DNA of 62,840 bases, counting the filler, from Octopus bimaculoides (lineage: Eukaryota), in the NCBI RefSeq assembly GCF_001194135.2. It is 5 parts of 5 records of this genome, joined end to end, with 100 filler letters (N's around TTAATTAATTAA, not from the genome) between each part and the next. Parts side by side here need not be neighbours in the genome. Positions count along the whole stretch, not along the records: positions 60,011 to 62,840 come from NW_026297408.1; 4 more parts are not named here. One strand, written 5' to 3'. The position numbers were made by a program, and so were the translations under genes. Every line of letters starts with the position of its first letter. The stretch's first letter is position 1. Shown here in pieces: positions 61,897 through 62,840 of the stretch. Below the pieces are notes generated by a model. The model was not told where the DNA came from. It did not search any database and was given only the letters and a program-made list of their open reading frames with translations.

Positions 61897-62574
61897 CGAC
61901 TGAAGATGTGTAACTGTATGCCTGTCTCTTAGTGTAGTGTGTGTGTGTATGTATGCATGTAATTTATGCCGGTATGTATACAGTGAAAGCTGCTTCTTCT
62001 GGTAAGGGATAATGTTATCAAATGGTTATTGTTATCAAAATTACTGGNNNNNNNNNNNNNNNNNNNNNNNNNNNNNNNNNNNNNNNNNNNNNNNNNNNNN
62101 NNNNNNNNNNNNNNNNNNNNNNNNNNNNNNNNNNNNNNNNNNNNNNNNNNNNNNNNNNNNNNNNATATATAGAGAGAGAGAGAGAGATACTTGCATAGCA
62201 AGTGACCTGATCTGAGATCGTGTGCTGGAACGAAAACAATTGCAGCGTGGAAGGTGTTTATAAGCCATTTAAAATAACACACAAAATCCGTTAGATTCAC
62301 TTCAACATTTAAATTTAATTTGTCAAAATATTTTCGTCGCTGTCAGTGAACAGGTCGCGGTCTCAAAGCAATTATATATATATATTCATACATACATACA
62401 TACGTGTGTATGTGTGCATATTATGGGTGTGTGTATGGGCATGTGGCTATATATATGTGTATGTATATCTATCCCTCTCTCTCTCTCTCATATATATATA
62501 TAAATGTATATTATATGTTTGTGTATGTATGTGTATATGTGTATGAAATTGTGTTTGTGCATTGTATACAAATG

Positions 62575-62770
62575 TTGTTTAGCCCCAGGTCAGGCATCAT
62601 CCAGCACAGTTGCAATCAAAGAAGACATTCCACCAATGACCATCACGTCTGTTTTCCTATGTGCAGAGAACTCACAGTCATATCCAACATGCTATTTTCT
62701 TAGTGGTGGGGTCTGTGTCAGTCGAGAGAGATTTGGCTGCTATTTCCAGCAGGCTGTCTTATAGCAGCAA
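62575..62770 (-). mobile_element. SINE-like repeat (family E) 3' half
   Basis: GAGAGATTTGGCTGCTATTTCCAGC and GTTGTTTAGCCCCAGGTCAG. Diverged homologues lie on the + strand at about 21445-21670 and 24590-24860. Confidence 0.55.
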
Positions 62771-62802
62771 CACACAAGCACGCACACAATCTCTCTCTCT
62801 CA

Positions 62803-62840
<38 letters not shown>

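Noticed and set aside
62185-62370. Unique-looking segment ending TTTCGTCGC-TGTCAGTGAACAGGTCGCGGTCTCAAAGC, possibly a dispersed repeat with a small terminal inversion
   Set aside because: There is only one copy in the window, so the repeat identity and inversion rest on recollection and cannot be supported from this sequence.

Overview
Repeat-saturated animal genomic DNA, not prokaryotic. It is most likely an octopus or other coleoid cephalopod, inferred from the tRNA-derived SINE families and the extreme microsatellite density. Roughly a fifth of the window is N-gaps, and almost all long ORFs in the supplied track are artefacts of microsatellites or of reading through Ns. There is one credible protein-coding ORF: an intronless 593-aa sequence of unrecognised family at 60115-61896. 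The rest is a dense fossil record of mobile elements: at least five SINE families, three RTE-clade LINE 3' fragments, restriction-like-endonuclease (RLE) retrotransposons of three kinds (Dong/R4-like in (AAT)n arrays, a second R4-like lineage, and HERO-like), an internally deleted mariner, a MER1/Charlie-like hAT MITE and hammerhead-like motifs of the type found in Penelope-like elements. The most unusual structure is a tandem array of about 1.05-kb units at about 48950-54130. Each unit carries a conserved ~300-bp core between CA and CT microsatellites, and the core contains a ~59-nt pre-miRNA-shaped hairpin, making this a candidate lineage-specific tandem miRNA or small-RNA cluster. No rRNA, bona fide tRNA gene or CRISPR array was found. 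Four 44N-TTAATTAATTAA-44N spacers are assembly linkers, so true adjacency across them is unknown. All family assignments come from motif recognition by eye, not from database searches.
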